Below, piece after piece: positions 46,710 to 57,319 of a stretch of DNA of 64,000 nt (positions are counted from its first letter, which is position 1; each line of letters begins with the position of its first letter). Below the pieces are notes generated by a model, which worked only from the letters and a program-made list of their open reading frames with translations, was not told where the DNA came from and did no database searches. The stretch lies in the NCBI RefSeq assembly GCF_000143415.4, contig NW_003314433.1, forward strand, positions 109,375-173,374, given 5' to 3'. Source of the stretch: Selaginella moellendorffii (lineage: Eukaryota > Plantae > Lycopodiophyta). Both the position numbers and the translations under genes were made by a program.

Positions 46710-48870
46710 AGATCACGGACCTTATCGTTTCTTCTTGCTGCGCTTTTGGTAGCCTCCTCTTCGGCGTTGTGGTCGGCTTCAAGTCTCGTGAGCTGCAAAT
46801 CAAACAATGCTGTAGTGAGGATTCCTTCTTGAGACACCACTTTACCTTGTCAAGGACGGGTTTAAGTTCTCTGTAGCGTGTCTTTGCCAAGTCAAATCCA
46901 TCCTTCCTGAGCTCCTGATAGATGCATAGAGCATGAAGAACGAGCGAAAGAAAACCTGCGTTGTCACCTTTCCAGTGTGTTGGGTGTGATCGTAAGGTGC
47001 CATTTGCCAATACATGATCGTCCAAGAGAAAAAATCTCTCAGCGTTTCTCCAGGCTGAAAGACAAATCAATAACAAAACAGGAAGATGAACTACTATCAG
47101 CACTCACCAAAAGTGTTTGTTGGGAATCAGCCATGCCCAGCTCGGATCGACCTTTAATTTCCGTGCTTTCTGTGTCAGTTTTTTGCCTTCGCCCCTAAGA
47201 ATAGCAGCTGCCTCTTCACAGTGACTCCACTGCATCCTAGAATACAAAAGGAAACCGACAAGTTTTCTTACATCCTTCTTTTTTACTACCTCGTCATCGT
47301 CCTCTTCGTCTTTTCCTTTATTAATCGATCCAGCATGGTGACTGTTGTCACCATCAGTTTCGCCTTTCTCCTTACTAGCTTCAATCCACGCGCTTTGTGT
47401 TTCCTGCTTGAGACATTAGTATGAGGCTGGATGATGGCTCGATCATACTAACCTCAATAATGCACTTCCACACATCGAAGGTCCAGCGAGGAAAGGTCGT
47501 CGTGTCACTTTTTTTTCGCCGACTTCTTTCATACCTCCATACAGAAACAAAGTATCCTTTCCAACGACCATTCCAGCATTCATTCTTCCACCAGGCAACA
47601 ACCTTCAAGCAGAACGCTCAACGTTGAGACGCATTTTCCACATTTGGATCAGCCACTTTCTTCTGCTTTGGATGCACACTTAACCACTACACAATCTCAG
47701 ATTGCCATACCTTAATCTTTAGGCTCTTTGGCTTGAGAAGCTCCAAAGGATACCTGCGAGCGATGGTGTTTAGATAATTTTAAAAAAATCGACGAGATAC
47801 AAACCATCTGGAAAGCATATACATCTCGATCATAAAAACGCTGTGCAGGGAATCACCTGCAAAAGGAAATCAGTTTAGTTGTTAAAAAACAAGGAAGAGC
47901 GATGAGCGACAGAAACAAACCTTATAATCGTCTAAATCCAGCACTTAAAGATTATTGAAGTACCTGTGTCAAAAATTCAATACTAAACATCTACACTGCT
48001 GAAACGGCCGACCTTTCTTCCCTCAGCGTGTCATAAAATCCACCAAATAGAATAAGTTTATGTTTCTGTGGCAAGAAAGAAAAAAATAAAGATTATGTTT
48101 AGAAGCGCAATACATACCAATCTATGTCCGGAACGAGCACCTGGACAGCCTTTTAGTTTGAAGCTGCTCCAGCCACACATATTTGTGTTTAAATCCAGTC
48201 TCCATAAATCCTGCAAGAACTCTCTTGTAAGTCAGCTAGAAACACAGCTTATAGTGATGAAACCGAATTCACCACCTACACTGCCAAAATCAAGAGAAGT
48301 CCTGGAAAAATACATCATACCAAAACTGAAGAGCCAGTTTTTCCACGCAACCCCCTGGTGAGCGCTTCTCGGGGAGGAGGGTTTGGACTGGTGACAGGCT
48401 TCCACTCGTTCTTCTCGATGTTGTATTGGTAGAGATCACCATAAACGTAAGTCTAGCATAGCAAACACGAAGATCAAATCACCGTAGCGAAACTAACCAC
48501 AAACCTTGTCACCATTGTTGGTATTCACCTCCATAGACGATCAGCGCAGTGTCCTTGACGGGATTTACAGTCACCTGAAACGCAAGGAAAGAAGAATTCT
48601 AGAGAATGTGAGCTTCCAGAGTGGAGATTTCAATCGAGTTCTTACGCACAGAGCAATTGCATTGTGGTGAAGGAGCTGCTACATTCTCATCGACATGAAT
48701 TTCGCTCTTCTTTGCTTTCTCCTCGTGGAGTTTAGCCTGACAAGAAGGAAAACGATTGAGAGTCTTTGGCCAGAGCTTTGCTTACCAAGATCGCATCAAT
48801 ATCATCCTCGTCCCACACCTTCTTCTCGTCGCGATGAGCTCGCTTCTCCGCCGCCTTGGCCGTCTTGCTC
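46710..48870 (-). pseudogene. Kelch-domain/DUF4110 gene, mirror copy retaining its native 3' exon
   Basis: Reverse complement of 42298-44286, continuing RELKPVLDK|intron|LTRLEADHNAEEEATK into the spacer. Confidence 0.82.
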
Positions 48871-49088
48871 GAAGAACCCTAAAACCTAAATTAACTCTTG
48901 CTTGTACTGTCCGCTTTGCTTTCATACTTCCACAGCTGGCATATGCTTTGCTTCCACAGCTGGCATATGCTTTGCTTTTCTTCCACAGCTGGCATACTTT
49001 CTTTAGTGCTTTGCTTCCACTGCTGGCAAGGTTCACTTTCAAGTTTACTCGTGCTCTCCACTGCCCCTTCGATCCAGGGCAAACTTCC

Positions 49089-52000
49089 ATGGAGGAGGAG
49101 CGACGAGAGTGGATCATCTGTGATTCTGTCAAGGAGATCAAGGAGGCTCTCGCAGCGAAGCGGGACAACAAGCGGCACTTCAATGCGATTCGGTTTGATT
49201 GTGGGGAGAGGCTGGATGCGCTTGACTCATCCAAAGGTGAGTTTGTTGATGAGGTGAGTGCTACCGTTGAGGGGTTTGGAGGCACAGAGGAGGATCTGAT
49301 TGGTGTGCTCAACTGGTGCATTTCAAATCCACCCTGGTTAGACGGGGCTCTGGATGTGGGAGATGCTCCTGGTGATGGCAGTTCGTCTGCTGCTGCTGCT
49401 GCTGCTCACATTGACATTCTCAAGGCCGCTTTGGTACCACAGCTCGACATCAGATTCATCCACTTCGCTGCCAGGGTCGCTTGTAGGTTGGGCATTCCCA
49501 GTGATCGAATGCAAAGGGTGGCAGAGGGCATTGCTCCTCCTCAGCAGGGACGGGATATTCGCCAGATTGAGGTGCAGAGGTTTGCAAAGCTACTGATGAT
49601 GACAGAGGAATTCAAAGTCTTGAAATTGCTAATATTCAATTGGGAAGGCAAAGACGTCCTCACACCACCTCAGGAGCTTGAGTTGGCCTTTGCTCAGCTC
49701 GACTGCTTGACAGACCTCCAGTTGTGGCATGTTGGGAACCCAGAGACTCTACTTAGCCAACTCCTTAGGAAAGCAGGAAACAACTTGAAACATCTCTGGT
49801 TGGAGAGGAACAGGATGACAGTGGAAGGATTTGGGAAATTGAGTAGGGATCTGGCAAGTCAGGAGTGCAAGGTGGAAGAGTTAGCCATCGTTCTGGATGA
49901 GGACATTGACAAGGAAGGGTGGGAACAGGCATTTCAGAATGGCATTTGCAATAAGCTAATAGAACTGAAGGCACTGTTTCCAGAGGGGGCAGGTGAAGCA
50001 CTCTTCAAGGCACTCACGAGTCCAAACTGTTCACTGCAAAGACTATACCTACTTTGGGATAGTGATCCTGCAGTGTTGCCATGGGTATGCAAGGCTCTTC
50101 AGGAGGGCACCAGCCTGTCAGTTTTAGATTGCCGAAGTGAGGACCTGAGCAATGCAACGGGCCTGGGTGAGGCCCTGAGCAGCGCTAAGTGTGGCTTGGA
50201 GGAACTCATCGTTACACTTTATCCAGGTGATGGTGGTGGATGGTTGGGCAGAGCGCTACAAAATCCCAATTGCAAGCTGATCAAGCTTAAACTTTCTTTT
50301 CGCAACGAGGGAGGAGGAGTGGTCTGTGACAGCAGTCTGTGGTCAGCCCTCTCAAGTCCACATTTTAAGCTGCGCCATTTGGAAATATGGAGTAGTAGAG
50401 AAGATGAGTTAACGTTGGAGTTTGCCGAGGGCATAGAGAAGAGCCAACTGGAGCATTTGGATATATGGAGCTGCAAAATCACGAATGGGGAGCTCTTTTG
50501 GAAAGCTATCACCAGCTGCAAGTATCTGAAAGCTTTGTCATGTGAGTCGGAGCTGCCATGGAGGTGCCTTTTGGGAAGCAGCATTGAAGACTTGAGAATA
50601 TCTCAGCGAAATTTTGAAAACCTGGAAGACCTTTGCCAGTTGCTGGGAGATCCAAAATGCAAGTTGCTCAAATTCAGGGCTCCTTCTCTTAGAAGTGATG
50701 CACAGAAGAGACAAATTCTGGCTGCCCTGGAGGAAAACTACCAAAGCCTCGTGGAAGAGCTTGATATAGGCAATGATTCCGAAGCTTCTGAAGCTTTCAA
50801 GCAGAGGTGTTCTGATCTTTTAGAGCGGAATGCAATCTTCCAGCAGAGTGCATTCAAAGACTTTGACAACCCGTCAACAGCAAAGCTCTTCTTGTGTGGT
50901 GCTAGCAGGGTTGGAAAGACCACAATAAAGAAAAACCTCTGCCGCAGAGTGTCTTGGTTTCCATCATGTCTCCAAGGGCATGCTTCAACAGCAGGCATTG
51001 AGCTGCAACCACTTGTTTATGCGACCACCAAACAAAAGCTGCTCATTTGCGACCTGGCTGGACAGGAAGAGTTCCATGCTTTCCACCAGTACTTTCTCAG
51101 AGGAAGTGAGAAGGATCTCTTCTTGATCGTATGCAAGGTGGAGGATGACAATTGTGACGTTTTCAAGCAGAATTTGGTTTACTGGCTGAGGTTCATCGCT
51201 TCACATCAATCAGCCTCACCCAAAAGAAAGCCCAGGGTCTTGATTGCCTTGAATTTTTTCACTCGAAAATGCAGCTATGACCCAAAGAAGGTGGTTTCTG
51301 CAATAATCTCCGACAAAGACAAAGGCTATGGGCAAGTACTTGAGTTTGGGACAGATCCTTGTTTTAAGGTGGTGGCCACTCAAGTGAAAGATTTAAGGGG
51401 GATAAAAACCATGTTGGGGAGTTGCTTGCACGAACTGCTGTCATCCCAGCAACAAATACCACGGGAATGTCTCGAAGCAAAGAGGAAACTGGTACAAGGT
51501 GCCAGTCAGAAGAAGGTCATACCCCTAGACAAAGTTGGCGAAATCCTCTTGCCTAACAGCAGTTTCAAAAGTGAAGAAGCCTGGAAGAATGTTATTAAAT
51601 TCGTCTTGCAGTTTCTACATGATTGTGGAGATGCAATTTACTTTGGCTTGGGACATGAAGAGGGTGACATTGTGTCTCAATTTGTCATCTTAGATGTCCA
51701 ATGGTTTATGAGGGATGTGGTGCAACTCTTCATACCTACAGGGAAGATCAGCAAATTCAAAAGTCAAATGGAAACACACCAAGTTGAACATCGATTGCAA
51801 GAACAATGTGGGAACCAAGACAAAATAGTGGAGTACATTCTTGGAGTGCTCCATGAGATGGGACTGATATTGCCTTGGGATGAAACATGGGATGGGAATT
51901 GGCATAACTTGCCCAAAAAGTTGAAAATGCCAACACTATTGCAAGAAGAATATTCACCTCCAGAATATTTATCATTGCCATCAGTGCCAATTGACACTCA

Positions 52001-53420
52001 AAAAAACCACAACTACTGGGGCAGGAGGTTTGAATGCAAAGACAAGGACTTGAAATTGTTTCCTGCAAGTATTTTCACAAAGATCCAAATTAAACTTCAC
52101 AAATTAAGCAAGAAAGGTTTTAGGCCTGGGAATGGATGGGTGGCTTTGAAAGAGAACCTTATCAAGACAATTGTGAGAGTTGGGGGAGACACAGACAATT
52201 GGAAAGATAGGCAATGGGTTGATGTCATCATCTATTACCCAAAAGAGGTAAAGAATGCACCAAGGCCAGATTTGGAAAAAGAAGCTGAAGGATGGATGGA
52301 AAAAATTAGAAATTGCATTATTGGGGTATGTATGGAGGATTGCCCATCTTTGGAAATTGAAGAAAATGTGATGAGACGTGGTTATGTATGGAGAAGGATA
52401 CTAAATAAGGGGGACAAACTAGAATTATGGGCTTCAGTTATTTGTCCACTAAAGGAAGTCAAATGTGAAGCAAAAGAAAGAGGTTTAGAATACTCCCACA
52501 CTTGGAATTATTCACATGAAGTAGAGGACTGGGATGTGAATAATGATTTGAAGGTCTCAGATGAGAATGCTTTGGCTAAGCTATTGATGCCCAATGAGCA
52601 AAAACATGAACTGGTGAATAAGTTTGTTGAACTTCATGAACTCTTGAAGGACTATGACGAGGTTGGAGAAGTCACAATTCCCAAAGCATCATCAGATGTT
52701 ATTAAGTTTCCAAACATTGAAGACCCAAAACTTGATGCAATCCTCAGATATATTAAGAAGATGTTTGATAAAATGGAGAACCGTTTTGACAAGTTGGATA
52801 CAAAACTTAATGACATTGAAGTAAGCGTTAACGAGCTCAAGAATGGAATCAAGTTTATCATGGATAAAGTGAATGCAATCCATACAACGTGTTTTCAAGT
52901 ATTATTGAAATTGGAGACAGATTGCCCAAAATATCCATATATTCTTGATGAGAATAATAGGTGGAAAAATTACAGCAAAATATTGGGAACACATGGTAGA
53001 CTTCACTATTTGTGTGAATGGCCTGAAGGAACTTCTAAAGGTCATCAAGTGAAGAGTTCTGAAGGTGTTGAATTGAATATCCCACCAAACTGGCTCGAGA
53101 AATTTGCTCCAGTACTTAAATATACATTGATTCTATTATTTATTGGGGCCAAAGTTGGAGGACATTTTGCTGGTATTGGAGAGATAGTGAATGCAATAGT
53201 GGATGAGATCAAGGGAAGCCTTATAAGTTTTTTGGATTCATGTCTTCTCAAAAGCAAGCTAACTACAAATCCCAAAGCAGAAGATGTGCAAGAGATATTT
53301 AAGCTAGTGACAACTAAATTTGGGAAAGAAGAAAAACAGGAGACAATCATGGAAAAATATTTTGCTCTTCATCCTATAATCTTGGAGGGAAAACAAATAT
53401 GGGTCTGCAAAGGTATTTAG
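49089..53420 (+). CDS. Intact intronless LRR-Roc-COR protein (TORNADO1-like ROCO), 1443 aa from MEEERR
   Basis: Uninterrupted ORF with RI-type LRRs (ALQNPNCKLIKL, ALSSPHFKLRHL), P-loop GASRVGKTT, G3 DLAGQ, COR, a coiled coil and a TRN1-like tail (RLHYLCEW..HQV..WLEKFAP..IWVCKG). The track's TTG start at 48756 is probably not used, because all four copies share the MEEERR start. Confidence 0.9.
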   Translation: MEEERREWIICDSVKEIKEALAAKRDNKRHFNAIRFDCGERLDALDSSKGEFVDEVSATVEGFGGTEEDLIGVLNWCISNPPWLDGALDVGDAPGDGSSSAAAAAAHIDILKAALVPQLDIRFIHFAARVACRLGIPSDRMQRVAEGIAPPQQGRDIRQIEVQRFAKLLMMTEEFKVLKLLIFNWEGKDVLTPPQELELAFAQLDCLTDLQLWHVGNPETLLSQLLRKAGNNLKHLWLERNRMTVEGFGKLSRDLASQECKVEELAIVLDEDIDKEGWEQAFQNGICNKLIELKALFPEGAGEALFKALTSPNCSLQRLYLLWDSDPAVLPWVCKALQEGTSLSVLDCRSEDLSNATGLGEALSSAKCGLEELIVTLYPGDGGGWLGRALQNPNCKLIKLKLSFRNEGGGVVCDSSLWSALSSPHFKLRHLEIWSSREDELTLEFAEGIEKSQLEHLDIWSCKITNGELFWKAITSCKYLKALSCESELPWRCLLGSSIEDLRISQRNFENLEDLCQLLGDPKCKLLKFRAPSLRSDAQKRQILAALEENYQSLVEELDIGNDSEASEAFKQRCSDLLERNAIFQQSAFKDFDNPSTAKLFLCGASRVGKTTIKKNLCRRVSWFPSCLQGHASTAGIELQPLVYATTKQKLLICDLAGQEEFHAFHQYFLRGSEKDLFLIVCKVEDDNCDVFKQNLVYWLRFIASHQSASPKRKPRVLIALNFFTRKCSYDPKKVVSAIISDKDKGYGQVLEFGTDPCFKVVATQVKDLRGIKTMLGSCLHELLSSQQQIPRECLEAKRKLVQGASQKKVIPLDKVGEILLPNSSFKSEEAWKNVIKFVLQFLHDCGDAIYFGLGHEEGDIVSQFVILDVQWFMRDVVQLFIPTGKISKFKSQMETHQVEHRLQEQCGNQDKIVEYILGVLHEMGLILPWDETWDGNWHNLPKKLKMPTLLQEEYSPPEYLSLPSVPIDTQKNHNYWGRRFECKDKDLKLFPASIFTKIQIKLHKLSKKGFRPGNGWVALKENLIKTIVRVGGDTDNWKDRQWVDVIIYYPKEVKNAPRPDLEKEAEGWMEKIRNCIIGVCMEDCPSLEIEENVMRRGYVWRRILNKGDKLELWASVICPLKEVKCEAKERGLEYSHTWNYSHEVEDWDVNNDLKVSDENALAKLLMPNEQKHELVNKFVELHELLKDYDEVGEVTIPKASSDVIKFPNIEDPKLDAILRYIKKMFDKMENRFDKLDTKLNDIEVSVNELKNGIKFIMDKVNAIHTTCFQVLLKLETDCPKYPYILDENNRWKNYSKILGTHGRLHYLCEWPEGTSKGHQVKSSEGVELNIPPNWLEKFAPVLKYTLILLFIGAKVGGHFAGIGEIVNAIVDEIKGSLISFLDSCLLKSKLTTNPKAEDVQEIFKLVTTKFGKEEKQETIMEKYFALHPIILEGKQIWVCKGI

Positions 53421-54370
53421 CATTTAAGTTTTTTGTTTTATCTAACAAACACCATTCTAAAGCAGATCATTAATCTATATTTTTATAAGGTGGGTTAGCA
53501 AAATGAAGGTAAATAAATATGCTTTATATAGTTATTACTATATATCTTTGGTATGATTCAGGTCTATTTTGTAGTTGAAGTTAATGAGGTAAGTTTGTAT
53601 TATAACTTTAAATTATCCTTTCCTGCTTATTTTAATGTTTCAAGTTTATTTCAGTGTTGAATATCTAATATTTTAAGTGAAGGAAAAGCTACCAAATATT
53701 TTATTTTTTATCCCATAATTTGGATGATAAAACAATATATATTTACAAAGGTATTTTATATTGAAATATATCCATGCTTTTAATTTTATCTAATAGAGGC
53801 TATATAGGGCATTTGAAGTAAATCATTAATTATATATTTTGCTCTTCATCCCATAATCCTGGATGAAAGAAAAATATGGATCTGCAAAGGTATTTAACAT
53901 TTAAGATTTTAGTTTTATCTAACAAACACCATTCTAAAGCAGATCATCAATATATATTTTTACGAGGTAGTTGGAAAGATGAAGATAAATGAACATACTT
54001 TATATAATTATTACTATATGTCTTGGAATGATTGGGCTATATTTTGTAAGAAAAGTTGATGAAGTAAGTTTTACATTATTGCTCTAAAATATTATTTCAC
54101 GTTTATTCTAATGTTTGAAGTTTATTTCAGTGTTGAATTTTTAATAATCAAAGTGAAGGAAAAACTCATCAAATGATTTCATATTAATGATATTTCGATA
54201 TGAAAACAAAAATTGTGAAAGAAATTGACCATAAGACAATCATGGCCAAATATTTTAATATCCATCCTATAACTTTGGATTATAAAATAGTATGGATTTA
54301 CAAAGGTATTTTACATTGAAATATATCTATGATTTTAGTTTGATTTAACAAAGACTATGTAGGGCATTTA
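53341..54370 (+). repeat. Degenerate tandem repeats of the ROCO terminal ~25 codons plus flank (four motif copies); mirrored at ~14102-15120
   Basis: The motif ...TATTTT..CATCC.ATAA..TGGA...AAAGGTATTT recurs at ~53355-53420, ~53695-53760, ~53835-53895 and ~54245-54310. Confidence 0.75.
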
Positions 54371-57185
54371 AATAAATAATTGATTATATTGATTTTTGAG
54401 ATTATTTGGCAAAGCAATGATAAATCAAATGTCCTCTATATTGTTATAGCTATGGCAGAATGTTATTTGTACTATGATTATGCTACATTTCCTGATATAA
54501 GTTGATGAGGTATCTTTACATATTGCTCTAAAATAATTTTTATATTTATTCTGATGTTTCAGTATTGAATGCTTTAAAGAAAAGCTACTAAGATGATTTC
54601 ATGTTAGAGGCATTTTTTATTTTGGCATCTTTGGTAAAACAATTCTAGGAATGAAGTTAATTAAAATTAATAAACCTTTTGAGGTAATGCATTTCAAAAC
54701 TAAATACAAGTGCTTAACTGTTATTTATCATCACATACTATAGGAGATAACTTTATATTATCTTTACCAACTTCAACTTATTCTTTAAATTAATGTTTAG
54801 CTAAAATATGTTACAAACTACAGTTTAAAGTCTTATGAAAATTGTCATTATTCACAATTCCATTTACTTACTAAACTCTATATAGAAATTTGTTTACTCT
54901 CCTCAATTATATATATATGTCATCCCATAAAACTAAACACTGTATTGTGCTTTAACTATTGTAAGCAATAATTTAACAAAAAAAAGTTTTTGAGTGTTTG
55001 TAGACACTTTTTACAAAATACAAAATATGTATTAAACACCATTTATATTTATTTTAAAAATGAAGTATAAAGATATTTTTTACTATGAAATCATTTGCAA
55101 CACATCAAGTGTTACTTGAGAGTAGCTCTAATGAAAATGCTTTCTAAATACTTATTTTGAAAATTCTAGTAAATATTCATTTTTGAAAGGTTGTTTAATT
55201 TTAAATTGTTTTCTTTCTTGCTAGGTTATTTACAAATATTAACTTATATTATTTATGGCACTATAATCTCCTGAATTTGGGCTTTCTAAAAGGTCATCTA
55301 ACCCAATACTATTTAAAGATGCTTAATCTCAAATAACCCAAAACTTATAACTAATTGGAACAAAGGGTACATTTCTATATTTAAAACAATATTAATAATT
55401 TTTTAAGTTATTATCTTTGGTTGTTTATAATCCATCATGCTTTTTTGGAAGTTCACGCCTTCGTAAATGGAAGTTGAAAGTTGCAACTCTTCTAAGAGTC
55501 CCGCTCTTTTAACACCTTACCCCTCGAGTTGAAATTGGAGTAAAGTAAACTTAATAAATATCAATCTTAACATGTGGTGTGATTTCTTTAATCAATTAAT
55601 AGAGTCACACCTTAGACTTCTCTAATACCAAATATAAGTTTTTAAATTTGGACTTCATAAAAGGTTATTTAGCCATTTGGGTATCCAAAAGTGGAACTGG
55701 ACACATAGAGCATTTAAACTAAGTACAAAGTTGATGTGGTTACAAGAACACATTTTAAAGTTAGCAAACACCCAAATTAATATCAGGGCCTATAGAGATT
55801 ATGAGTGAGACTCCTTTAGATGATCCTAAAGTAAAAAAAAAATTAATCATTTATAAAGATGCCGAAAGCATGGTGATGGTTGCGATCACCACCACCATAA
55901 CAAAAATGACAAGCCATAATTATAGTATACTGCTATTTACATTGCCTTGATAAGCATTTATAACATGCAAAAATTCAAAAATAAACTTTATTGAAACCTT
56001 TGCAAACTCAACCAAGTTTATGAGCTAAATGAAGAAGTTTGGTTTAGAGATGTTTGCCTAAGCTCACTCCCAATCTTTATCTCATCCTTGTCTAGAGAAC
56101 CAACATCTCAATCATTTATTATACCTTGTAAATTGGTAAGAAAAAGCTTCAAATTATCACTAATATACTGGTTTATATGATTTTTCAAATTTTTGGGCTA
56201 GTATTTAGTATTAGGTTGCTAAGATTTTATGCCAAGCTAAGTAATTTCTCAAGAGAAAGATTTAAGTGAATTTGAAATAAACTCTTTGTAGACAATAACT
56301 TACAAAAGAAAAAAGGGTAAGTCACTATATTATTTATATATGGAACTTATTAAAGAGGACCTGCTCGATAAAAAATACATTGTCCAACTTAGGGCTTTAT
56401 GTATTGATTGAGTGGAGATAGATTATCAAGCAAAGATGAACATTTGGCTAAAGCTTTGATTTATTAATGGTTTTGTTGAGATTGGGCAAAATGTTATTAT
56501 AAATTTATAGTTCATTTTGTAAGTGATTGGATTAATTTTTGTTACTCTTTACAGTTGGACAATCTCAAGAGTTTCCTCTTTTGCTTTTGAAGGAGAGCTT
56601 TGTTTGTGCTTGTACAAATAAGTTAAGTAAGACAATCCAAATACAAAAGGAATCCATATGACCGCTGCCACGTGTATCAAAAAATTGTAGCTTTTCTTAT
56701 AATTATTTTTAGCTGTGCATCATTTACAAAACTTACACTCTACAAATCTCACTCGCAAGAGGTTTTTACTATATCACCAAAGTTGTTAGTAACCTTGTGT
56801 AAAATTGATACCTTCTCCTTAAATATCAACAATGGATTGTATTTCATTTTCATATCCAACATAGAAAAATTTATGGATGCCTTGTGGTACTAAGTATTTA
56901 CCAAATGACCACTTAATTCTAGATTCAATGTTTGTATTACAAAGAAAAAAAAGCAAGAGAAGGAATATTTGGATTTTATGCTCCAAAAGTAATAAGAGTG
57001 AGAGTAGCACCTTAGAATATCTAAACCAAATAACACTTGAGATTCATTAATTGTCCTTGAAAGCCAAGATATCAACAAAAAGTAGTGATCACAAAAATAA
57101 TAGAATAAGTGGTTGCATTTGAAATGTTGGAGATAAGTTAATATTACATTCTCAAAATAAATACTATAAATAGAGAATGTTATTA

Positions 57186-57250
57186 GGTGACTGGAGTCTG
57201 GCAATTACCTCAAGATGGTCGAAAACTCTCACTTTGCAATGTCGGACAAG
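57186..57250 (+). pseudogene. Isolated PHO1 exon fused to the ROCO copy 4 leader
   Basis: Reads YLKMVENSHFAMSDK|GT, the same fusion as upstream of copy 1. Confidence 0.75.
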
Positions 57251-57319
57251 GTGTGAAGAAAGGACTAACCATACCTCTGGGAATACCTGTAAATACCCTT
57301 CGATCCAGGGCAAACTTCC

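Larger units (their letters stand above)
30028..53473. repeat. Large inverted repeat (palindrome 2): left arm 30028-44286 (containing the LTR insertion), spacer 44287-46856, right arm 46857-53473
   Basis: 44270-44286 is the reverse complement of 46857-46873. The kelch and ROCO genes are mirrored (43535..43762+ vs 47381..47608-; ROCO copy 2 vs copy 3). Confidence 0.93.

Noticed and set aside
48756-49088. 111-aa hydrophobic N-terminal extension of ROCO copy 3 (and 42062-42403 of copy 2)
   Set aside because: It has a non-ATG start, overlaps an antisense kelch exon and tandem repeats, and is absent from copies 1 and 4. An upstream ATG (MSSLL) cannot be fully excluded.
55460-57180. AT-rich stretch with a PBS-like motif (TCTAATACCAAAT, ~55621) suggesting a decayed retroelement
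   Set aside because: Too degenerate to define LTRs or domains from the sequence alone.
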